A stretch of 64,000 bases of DNA from Klebsormidium nitens (taxonomy: Eukaryota; Plantae; Klebsormidiophyceae). The translations under genes were made by a program, and so were the position numbers. Location of the stretch: positions 1 through 64,000 of the forward strand of contig DF237295.1 of assembly GCA_000708835.1 (NCBI GenBank), given 5' to 3'. Shown here in pieces: positions 38,009-48,900 of the stretch; position 1 is the stretch's first letter; each line of letters starts with the position of its first letter. The notes beneath the pieces were generated by a model. That model was not told where the DNA came from and made no database searches. It was given only the letters and a program-made list of their open reading frames with translations.

Positions 38009-41000
38009 ATGAAGGAGGTGCGCCGCTACCTGCGGACTTTGAGGGGCCATAGGGGGCCCCTACTGCGTACCCTATGTTTGATGGCTGGCATTCTGGGGCT
38101 GCTCCTCTATCTGACGCGACACCATCACGAGTTGCACAGCACAAAGCCTTTGTACTTTGTCAGCATTGGTGAGCGAGTGCCAGGAAGTGGTGTCAGCTGA
38201 GCTCTGATCAACTTCAATTCAGGACAATACAATCAGACTCTGACAGGATCTTGTCTAATTGACCTGTCTTTGGTGAGCTGGATGATGCTGATCTGCTTTT
38301 GCCTCAACATCAGGGCCCTCATTGGACGTGCTTGGCAGCTGAGCTCTCCTTATCAAAGGGCTCAGACGATCTGGGTCAGTAGTATGAATGTGTGCATCGA
38401 AAGGAAGGCTGCTTTCTATTGTTTAAGATCTGCTGTGGTCAAAACAAACAATGGCATTTCCTAAAGTAGCTACTTTTTCCCAAATATCCTCAATGTGCGC
38501 GCAAAAGATAGCGTAAGCAACCATGAGCTTGTGCTCAATGATGCATGCATTGAGACCGTGTCTCTGAGAGAACCAACCGCAAAATGTCTATTTAAAGGTT
38601 CAGTGTTGTCCTTTTGAACATCTGCAGGGGATTATGGAGCTGGCAACGCGACACAGCAAGCTGTTGCAGACCAGGTATGAGCAGACTCTCTGATAAACGA
38701 CAATCTTTTCAATTCCGGGCAGCTAGCATGCAATTATTTCAATCTCATCATGTGCAGATTCCATTGCAACTAGCCTAGTCACTGCAATCAGTCCCCAATG
38801 TTATCTTGCTGCCTCTTAATGAGTATCCCTGACCCACTGATCTGTACATGTATAGCTGGCAAAGACAGTGGGGGAGTACGGGGTACAGTTCATACTGACG
38901 CTAGGAGACAACTTCTACTCCAGAGGTACAATTTTGCAAACTCTTGCTCTACAATCTCTGATTGGAAGTCTGCGGACACAGAGTTCCACTGCACGTTTGC
39001 TCTCTGCCTAGACCATACCAAAGTCCCGAGCAAACCAACTTGCAAGTCTGATATTCGAGGCAAAAGAACGGGGACATTCCGGTGTGCAAAATGATGTTCT
39101 AACATGGGAGACGACCAGCTTAACATAGACCCTCAATCGCCAAGCGGTTAGAAAGGGGATTGTCATATCCGACCAAAGGAGCTGCTGGCACGTCTTACAC
39201 AGCAACGTGGACTTTGTCTCTTCTCTGGCTGAGCCAAAGGATTACATAACACTTGTTGTCCGTGAAGGCTGCCCACAAAAAGCGCATGACTAATCAGCGC
39301 GTTCGTTTTTCCAGGTGTAACGAGCTTGGAGGATCCAATCTGGCAAAAGCGCTTTGAGGTAAGTGTGCGCTCGCATCCGTGTGCAAATCCAAGCTCTGTC
39401 GAACTTCTTAACACCAGCTCAATCGCCATACCATCTTTGCGTGTCCTGTGCCCCCAACGACCTGATCTGCCTGCTTGGAGCATGTTGAACATTTCGCATC
39501 AGCCTAGTGCTTCCAAGTCGCAGGACCCACGTCTGGCAAGATCAGAAACTGTCGACAATTTCCCCAGAATCTAATAGAGTCTAAACAAGAATCTTCCCCA
39601 GAACTATGAAGGTTGCCAATCGGCGTGCATCTAAATTGCACTTGTCTGGATCTTGAACCAGAGCCTTCGATTCAAGGGGTTATTAGCAGGTTCAATTTGC
39701 GAGAGGGTTGTTGAAAAGAGCGCATGTTGGTTTTGGAACGGTCTTGTTGATCGACTCTTCTAGGTTCTTTCATAAAGCTTGCTTCTAAGAGATAGTCAGG
39801 TATATGCTTATAAGGTTAGAAACTGAATCCTGCTCCTCTTCCCCTCTCCTAACAGGCGGTCTACCACCACCCAAGTCTGCAAGTACCCTGGTAAGTCCCC
39901 CTGCTCGGGCCCCGCGTTTTGGACACGAAGTAGCGCTTGGTTGCAATTCTCCTTTTCCAAAATATCATCTCTGCTCTTGTGGATCGGGAAAGAGGGCTCT
40001 CTTTACATTGCTTGGAAGTCCCTGAATTGTAAACGGTCCGATCAGTGGTCCGAAACAAAGGACCTCAACGCAGGGGAGAAAAGCGAAAGAGCACCCTGAA
40101 GTTCGCTAGAAGTCCTGATTTCAGCACGGCGTGCTGATGTGACGATGAATTTCCTAAGTCCGTCTTGGGTGCTCAAAAGATTCGACTTACAGAAGCGCCC
40201 AGCAGACTGGATACTCATGATTCCGGCTTGATTCGCGTCGCCTTTTCACCATATACTTGCAATCAGAAGGGAAACGGGGCATGTAAGCAGTGTCCGCAAG
40301 ACAAGGGCACTCCCTGCGACCTTCGTTCGGATCCGGTCAACAGCTGTATCTTGAACATCCGATCTGCGGATTTGACGACATGCAAGGGAGGATGCCTACG
40401 ACGAGATTTTGTCACCTTAACAATGTCCTTGATTTGTCGATGCGCTTGAATTCAACAGGTCGTGAAGTTTGAAGCTTCGTGGAAGCATCTCGGCGGTCAT
40501 TTCCAGTCTCCAAGCACCAACTTTGTCCTAAACCGAACTCGATTGACTTGGTTAACCGAGCCTCAACCATTAACCAGGTACATAACCTTGGGCGACAACG
40601 ACGACCGGGACGACAGTGTCGGCGCACCAAGTCCAACTTCATACCGCAACGGCCTCCTAGGTGATAAACCCAGAGTCACTGCCGCCTGGTTGACGAAGTT
40701 TTCCCCATTCACAGGCACTTTATCATGGGCGAGTACGACCACCGGGGCAACGTGTCGCCGCAGCTCAGAGCAAAAGATCCTCAACCCGCGACTTATTACC
40801 ACTCTCTTCCTTGACCTTAATTGGGCAGTGGTCCCACCCGTTCACCGAGCCTTCCACACTAATCAGGAACATAACCCTGGGCGACCACGACGTGTTGGCG
40901 CAGCTCAATTCCGAAACTTCTAAATCCTGGTTCTTTTTCATTCTTTTGATTTCTTGTCTTCAGCCCCAGTGTTCTCCTCACCTAGCTAACAAAACTTTCC

Positions 41001-44000
41001 TCACTGACCAGGTACATAACCCTGGGCGATCACGACCACCGGGGCAACGTATCAGCGCAGCTGCTCTACACGGAGCGGTCGGAGCGGTGGCACCTCCCCA
41101 GCCCCTACTACTTGCAACAGGTGGCGCTCAGCGAAGAGCGCCACCTGGACATCGTCGTCACCGACAGCATCGCCCTTGAGGTTAGCATGACGTCACCCTT
41201 GCTCAAAAGCGTTCAAGGATTTGCTGCAACGACGCACGTTCTTAGCCCATTGGGTTGCGACCAATTGACGCTCTTAACATCGATGTCGTCGTGGCATTGC
41301 GCTCTCAGTCAGCGTGACATCATCTGCATTGCCTAGATGAAGATAAAGCCTTATGTATGTGTCGAGCGACGGCACCTCCTATCCTCGATTTCTTTGGCAT
41401 TCTGAGTAACAAAGCAGTCAGTTTGTTCGATCTAGGTTTCCAATATAAGCATCGAAGCCTTGACAGCGCGTTTTGAAACGGCAAAAAGAAAAGCGGATTC
41501 GCAGAGGCGAAGCTTCTCGACGGACGATGCAATGTCCGACCACTTGTACGTACAACCTTTCAGGTTCGATGGCGTCCTACTCCTTGCCCGATCGACAGGG
41601 TGGTAGCATCACTTAGGCATTGCTTCGAGCAGAGGAAATACTAAAAGCCCACGTTATCCTCTGGAAGTCATAGACTTTAGTTTTCTTGTGCAGGGTGCTT
41701 TGGCGGTGGGGCCCAAGGAGCGACGCTTCTTCAACGACTACACGCAGCAGTGGGTGGACGCACAGGTCAGCAGCCGTTCTAGTCCTCGCTTCTCCTTTAG
41801 TCCCTCGTTTGTGAGTTTTCACTTGCTTTCTACCCTCTTCCTTCGGCTTTTTTTCAGTTCGTAGCTGGTCATTCTCCGCTCTCCCAGAACTACGTTCCTG
41901 CTTGTGGGCCCCCGCTTCTAGTTCCTTGCTCGTTCGATTGTGCTCCTGATCATGAAGCGAGACTTGGCCCTTTGTTCGGGGCCAACGTCCCTCTCATCTC
42001 TCCCAGCTGTAATCTGCCTTCAAAGCTGTTGTTGAAAGGTGATTGCTGTTTCGACTGTTCACGGCATGCTTCCCTATGAAACACTGCCGGGTACCCTGTG
42101 ACTATGATACAGCGAAGTTGTTCTGGAGGGTGTTTTTGCGTAGCAGGGATTTGAAGAGGATGTGAACGGTCGATTCCCACCACTCTTTCCCGTTGATAAA
42201 AGTTCGGCGGCAGGCAACACAAGTCCAGTCCACTGCAGCCCTTCGCTGACCCCTCATCAGAAGACCAGTGCGTGATTTGTCGCCTTCTCCGTCATATTGG
42301 CAACTGTCGTGCGACCTAACATTTTAGTTCTACCCGGGCACATAAACTAGAAAATATAACCGAGATGAACACTTAGTTTAACCACGCGCTCCGCACCCCA
42401 ACCCACCCTAAGCAGCTTACGCAACCCCCGCGTCTCTTGAGCGCCTGTCTTAAGTCACACGTCTCTAAATTCACCCGAGAGTTGTCAGAGTCCTTCCGTC
42501 ATCCATTATATTTTCGATTCACGCGAAAGGTAACACATAGATTATCATTGCCTTGCCGAACGCGGCTCCTTGTGCCCTATACTCTTTCGGACTATCTTAT
42601 GAACAATGAGCGGCAGGTATAATAAGCTCGTCAGCCTGGGACGGGTGGGGTTAGTTTGGGGATTAGGGTGGGTACGGGTGCGGAGCAGGTAGATTGTTGG
42701 GTTAGGGTTTCAGTGTTAGATGGAGCTTTATATACCCTGGCTTTTATTATCCCTAGCTTAGTCCGTCATCTATCCTCGTGCAGGCTGGCAAGGCACACCT
42801 AGACTGGCTGGAGGCGACCCTCGCAAACAGCACCGCAGACTGGTAGGTCGCCCCCAGCGCCATCCTCGTAGAGACCCTGGGAATAAGTACAGTAGTACTC
42901 TCGATTGTATGTTGACTTACGGCTATGTTGAGTTAGGTCATTCCCTGGGGACGGGTGGGGTTGGTGTGGGGATTTAGGGTGGGTACGGGTGCGGAGCCTG
43001 TTAGTTTGTGTTTAGGTTTTTAGTTTGTTTGAGCCCGGGGACTTGACCTAACATAACATACACCTAACTCAACATGAAATTGAGACCTATGGAGTAAGGC
43101 TCCAAATCCTCACCCTTCGGAGGATCTCTATCCTGCGAGTTGAAGTAGCACAGGCACGAACATACGATATTTTCTGTCAGAGCTTCTGATTGATGTGGGT
43201 ATGGGAATCTTCGTAAGGACCCATAAAGCGTCTAGCAGACTCGGAACTCAGGTAGATGCAGAGAGTCTGATTTTCTGAGGGTGCCCCCAAGTGGGCGCCT
43301 ATGATGTGAGCTTCGAGAAGTCTGACCACAGAATCACCGGAACGAATCTCTTAAATTGATCTCATATTGGATCGTTGCAATCTTTACTACGGCTCCGACT
43401 AAGCTTTGCCAATCCGATATGCTTTCTTACGATATGAGACTGGCCTGACGTCATCGCACGCTCCGTCGATCGCCCAGGTGCATAGTTGCGGGCCACCGCC
43501 CCGCCAAAACGGCCGCGGACCGCGACCGTTTCCGGGGAGACTTCGCCCTCATGGAAGTGCTGCCGCCTCTTCTCTCGCGCCACAGCGTGGTGAGGGAGAA
43601 GAACTGAGCCCTTAACCATGCTTGGTTAGGAGGGGTTAATCAGGCTGGAACCATTTCCGCTTGATAGTGGTGAGCTAAAGGAGACGTCTATTTGGGCAGT
43701 TCTCCGGACTCTCACCAAAGTTACATCTAGGATTGCGCAACAAGCTACCAAGCTGGTCGGAGCAGCTTCCTCTACGATCGAGACAATCCGTTTTCTTCAT
43801 GGAATCGAATCTTAGTCAAGCCAACCTTTCGTAACCCCGATTCGCAGGACGCGTACCTGAGCGGGCACGACCACGTGGGCCAGCATTTTGAGGAGGGGCA
43901 CGTGCAGTTTCTGGGCAACGGGTTGGGCGGCTACAAGACGCACGTCGTGTCAGCGGACGCGAGCGCGTTGTGGGTCGAGTAAGAATATCAGACATGTTGC

Positions 44001-45146
44001 AAGAGTCTGTTGTCTGATTCGAGCGCGTTGTGAATCGTGATATGACTGGGCCGACCAGTCGTCCAAAGGTTTTTGTCTTCCTGATTCCTTGTGGGTGGAG
44101 TTATGGCCTTCCCGGAGATTCTTCGCTTTTCATCCGAGCGCGTTGTGGATAAAGTAAAAGCAATCAGAAATTCCTACTTTGCCTGAGCCGAGCCCGTTGA
44201 GGGTCGAGAAAGCCAGCCAGTCGGTTTCAAGAGTCTCTTTTCTGATCCGATCTCTCGGGGTGGCCGTTTGGAGTCGATCGTGATTGCCCACGGTAAGAGC
44301 GGTTAGCGACTTGTCGTCACAGGATTCGCTTGCAGTCTGTCTTTCTGCCTGTTCAAGGCATCGCCTTCATTCATCAACTCGCCGAAACGTCATCCGCAAG
44401 CTGTGCTACGCAATCGCTTAGTACTGCCGCATAACATCTTGATTGACTGCTGAGGAGGTTTGCGACGGGCTCGCCTTTACGTCGGTAAAATCCGATGAAC
44501 CCTACAATCCATGCTCACAGCCTGCCACTAAAGGCCCCGGCCAATCTGGTGCCATCGCCAGTTGCAGCTCTTGGCTCGGCGCAGCCAGTGAAGTTCCAAA
44601 TTACTACTTTGGCGCGGATCACGGGTTGCTGATCTTTCCCCTTCCTTCTCGCAGGACCGGCTTCAACGGGTTCCTCCTTCACAAGGTGACAAATAAAGAG
44701 TTGGTGAGTGTTCGACCACCAACCGTCTCTTGCTTGCGTGATAATTACGTCTCTGCATCTTCGTTATACTCGACTGTTTGGAAGAAGAGAAAACAAGCGA
44801 CGCCGATGAAAGGCTACTTCAAAGTGCACGACTGTATGTCATATGAAAGTTTCGAGCAGCACAGAGCTTTCGGCCGCTTGGATGTTGTTTGGAGGCCTTA
44901 TTTGCCATTTCAGTGTTTGCTTCAACGCGTCACAACGTTTGGCCAAACCCCTTCATGTTATATCCTAGCGATTGGGCCAGATTGGATTTTGATTTCGCGT
45001 CGACCACCCTTGCTGTCTTACCCGGCAGTGCGTTTTGAGTGCAGACTTCTTCCTTCATCGACTCAGAAGGGCGAACCAGGTACACGACCAAGATATTGTC
45101 ACAAAGTAAAAGGAGAGCTAAGCAAGCCGGACTTAGATTTATCTAA
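38009..45146 (+). CDS. Purple acid phosphatase / metallophosphoesterase (PAP17/ACP5 type) with N-terminal signal anchor, 12 exons, ~349 aa
   Basis: Exons 38009-38168, 38628-38674, 38856-38925, 39315-39358, 39856-39890, 41012-41180, 41694-41765, 42784-42842, 43478-43589, 43848-43978, 44655-44703, 45045-45146 (1050 nt). The five PAP blocks are in order: GDYG, GDNFY, GDHD (canonical GNHD), IVAGH, GHDH; ACP5-like HRGNVSAQ..RWHLPSPYY. Confidence 0.93.
40578..40925 (+). repeat. Three degenerate copies of the start of phosphatase exon 6 (pseudo-exons) in intron 5
   Basis: CAG|GTACATAACCTTGGGCGACAACGAC (40578), ATCATGGGCGAGTACGACCACCGGGGCAACGTGTCG (~40723) and CAG|GAACATAACCCTGGGCGACCACGAC (40867), compared with the real exon CAG|GTACATAACCCTGGGCGATCACGACCACCGGGGCAACGT (41012). 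Confidence 0.85.
42636..42997 (+). repeat. Pair of ~52-bp G-rich direct repeats flanking phosphatase exon 8
   Basis: CTGGGACGGGTGGGGTTAGTTTGGGGATTAGGGTGGGTACGGGTGCGGAGC (42636-42686) and CTGGGGACGGGTGGGGTTGGTGTGGGGATTTAGGGTGGGTACGGGTGCGGAGC (42945-42997). Confidence 0.9.
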
Positions 45147-45932
45147 CATGCACATCTACGAGCGGATATATTTGTCGCTCAAATTGATCCCTTTGAATGT
45201 TTACTGACGCATTACCTATATAGTTACTAAATCGACTTTCTTATATCAAGATATATTCGATGTGCAATTCATCGTCAGCAGGCAAATGTAGGCCTCGCAA
45301 AGAGCTTGCATGGTGCCCGTAATGAATATCGACATCCGAGCTATAGTGTTTGAACTTAGCTGTTTGGACTAGAGACAAAATCGTACCTGGGTACTCTGCA
45401 TCGCATCCGACACTCGAAAGGTTCCCATGGACACAGGTTCTAGCCCGCGCCCAATTAAATTAGCCATGGCATGCGCACCGGCAATGCTACGTACTAAATT
45501 CTGCGAGTTGGCTGCCCCCATGTATATTTCTGATTGAACTGCACCGGCCTGACGTACCATTTATTGCATGCGGGCCAACTGGCCTATCGAGTCTGCTGCG
45601 GTACTATTGGTGCAGGGCAAATCTTTAATCGTACAAGCAGCACGTCGCAATGCATGCACCCTGCAGAATATCCCTAATCTCAAGATCGCAGATTTCAAGC
45701 TAGGCAACAATCTTGCTCTATGTAATCCGTGTCAACAGAAGAAGATGTGCTCAAGTTGTTGCAACTAAGCGGTCTGACCGACATGAGTCATAAATATGTG
45801 CCCCAATGTGTCTTTGCCCTACTTACAGCCCAAACTCTCTATCTACATGCCAACCACTGACTGTCCAAGCAAAGCATGCGGCAAGCTAGCTGGCCAAAGA
45901 AACCTCCTAACCAAACAAAACCAACCGGTCAT

Positions 45933-48900
45933 CTACAGACCTGCCGGAATGTCTACACTGTCCCCACGCGATAGTGCCAACCGCTTCTGCTCTGTCGCCG
46001 TGATTTGCTCCGGCGGACCCCTCTTTGATATCGACCGTGCCACCGAAGAGCCCTTCTTCAACCATGACGAGATCGTGAAGGCGGGGCTCGGGGCGTCCGC
46101 CTCAAAGAACACATACCAGATGAGGAAGATATAGCTTATGTAGCCAGGGATGGAGCCAATCAGCGTGAAGATGATTGCCACCAGGTTCTTCTCCCGCAGC
46201 GTGACCTCGTCATAGCTTATGCTGGCCGCCAGGACAACAGCGCCGAAATTGGCAGTCGCGGCCTGCGCGGCCGGGATGTTGTGGAGTGACGCAATGCCGG
46301 CGGTCACGTTGGGAAGAGGGGTCGTGGTAAGAGCGCCAAAGATGGGGTACTTCACAATCTGTGAAGAGAGCAAGCGTCAAGGCGGTGAATTATCCGGAAT
46401 CCTCGGTATTTGCTGCGGCATCAACTATTCTTGACAGGGTAATTGTTAAGGATAAAGAAATCTATGTTACTTTCGTGACCAATGAGCCGCAAACTTGAAA
46501 ACCCGAAGCAGAAATCCTGCATAATGGTGTCCTGTCTACACATTCTTGAGAGTTCCCAGCTTCGATCTTCTCAAGGCTCCAAGTGGATCCAATTGCGCAG
46601 TGACATCAAAGTCCCGAAACCTTGTTTCAGAAAGCTTCGCCTGGCAGATGCTATTCAATCCCTAGCGCAAGTTCCGAGGAAACAACTGACTGCATCTTGA
46701 GCCCTCATTCCGATAAGCCCTAACGAAAAGGATGAGACCTCAAAGTTTAGAAAGTCTGCTGGTACAAGTGAATCTCACTTGGAATTACAGAAGCACTGCG
46801 GCACAACCCTGATCGTCAATGAAAGTATTCCGCAGGGTCGCAATTCTGAGTTGCGGAGACATCAACGCCCCGTAGATATTGCCAGGTGACAGAGGCTAAG
46901 ACCCTCCCCATCTTTCGCTGGATTTTCCGGTTTCCAGGATCCCCACAGCTGAAGCCGTAAAAGTCTCTGCCAACAAAGTTCATTCGCAGATGTCGCACGA
47001 ACACGAGTTGGCAATACATCAAGTTGGAAGGAAGAACCGGCTTACACTGTGGCCATCTGCAAAGATCCGGTTGGTCTTCTGCATCTGGATCGTGGTGCGT
47101 GCAAACGGCTGGAGGAACGTCGCGCCCTCCTCAAACTTCTCCACGCTGTCGGCCTCCTCGAAGATCTCCTTGAAGTCGCGCAGAAAGCCGTTGTTCGCAA
47201 TCAGCTTGGGACCGCCGAAGTCGGTGAAGTACACGTTCATCCCCACTGCATATACGTGCAAAGCACAGCTATTCACAGACTACGGTATACACGTTCTTCT
47301 CAGCTGCTTTCGAGATTCTTAAACCTTGTGCAAGGAGCGTTGCTCAAATTGTCCTAACATTCAGCGTTTCTGACGGGAAGGACGACGCAAACAAACGGCA
47401 TCCGAGTAGCTACTAGACAACGAAACATGGATGATTTGTTTGAATGGTAGAGTCCAGCACAGACTTTAGGCTGACAAGGAAACCACAGCCGTTGTGTGCT
47501 CTATCCCCGAACAAACAGCAGTAGCCACTAGCCTTACAACACAGTACAAGCGGGAGGGGTTTCGAAACTTCTGAATGCCAGCCGGTAAAGCAAAGCCTGC
47601 GAAAAGGAAGGCTGCAGGCCATCCTGCTAAACCGCAAGCGTGTTTAGGCATGAGAGGCAAGTGCGTGAGGGGCAAATCGACGCCGGCTTTACAGCTGGAT
47701 ATCGGGCCTAACCATGTGCGCTGGGAAGAGGACAAATGAAAGAGGAAAGAGGAAAGGCGCCAGTCGCTCAAAGCGATGAACCTCTGCTGCAGCGCACGGA
47801 GGCTGTCCTCGGGTACCTGACGGGAACGAGGCCGAAAGTGGCACCAGTCTGTCGCCGGAAAGAAACCTTATCAAGAGCGCTGGGAAATAGAGAAGCCGGA
47901 CCACCGAAGAAAGAGCTCGAATCGCTCACGGCCAATGAAGCTCTGCTGTAGCGCACTGAGGCCGCTCTGGTAAGTCGACCTTGGGTACATGACATAAACC
48001 TGCCCCTCCCAGGGAATGTCGGTGGGGCCCTGCGGGTTCAGCTTGAAGGACACGCACTGCGTCGCCCGCGGCCCTTTGAGCTGCCGGTTCATAATCTGGG
48101 AAGGGAAGCGGGAATCAGGCTTAAATTGTAGATACAAGCAACAATTCAGGTTCTTTTGATATTTGAACACCCGGTGCTTTCAGCGCTTTCCACAGTGCGC
48201 AAACAGTCCCAGACACAGAATGACAAACAGACTGAGTACATTAAGATAGCAAGCGAAGGAATCGGTGTCAGGTTTGTTACTGATAGTAAGGTCGAGGCCT
48301 TGTCCGGATGCGCTTGGTAGAGCTTTATAAGAAGTAATCAGGCAGAATCATGACAAAAATACACGGGCTGCTTGCTCACGGTCACTTTTTGTTCTGTCAA
48401 ACCTGCAAGTAGTAGGCCCCTCAGTAAGGGGCACTCACCTGTATACTCAACAGTTTCGATTGTTTATCATTTCAACTCCTCAAAGAATACACAACGCCAA
48501 TGGGACCGGCGCTGCCTGATGAAGAAGGCTTCTGGAATACACATCGTAAAGGATACGACCACGAAAGGGCTTAATGCAGAAGTCCACTGCCCAACCCTGC
48601 TTCTCACCCCTGAAATAACTTACCTGCACCGTGACAACCTCAGGCACACAGAATGTATCAGTGCGCGCACTCGCCCCCGCATTGTTGCTCTGCAGCACGA
48701 GCTCCGGGCTCCCAACATCGTCCCCACAGCCTACGTAGATGTTGCCGGTCAGATTGTACGTATCGGGGTTACTGCTGCATATGTAGATGTATGGCAAGAA
48801 CGGCAGTTTCGACTGGATGGTCTCCTCCACTATGTGATTCTTCACGAGGTTCACGACCTGCGAAGGAGAAAGAGCCAGGACAGGTTGGTGATTCCTGCTG

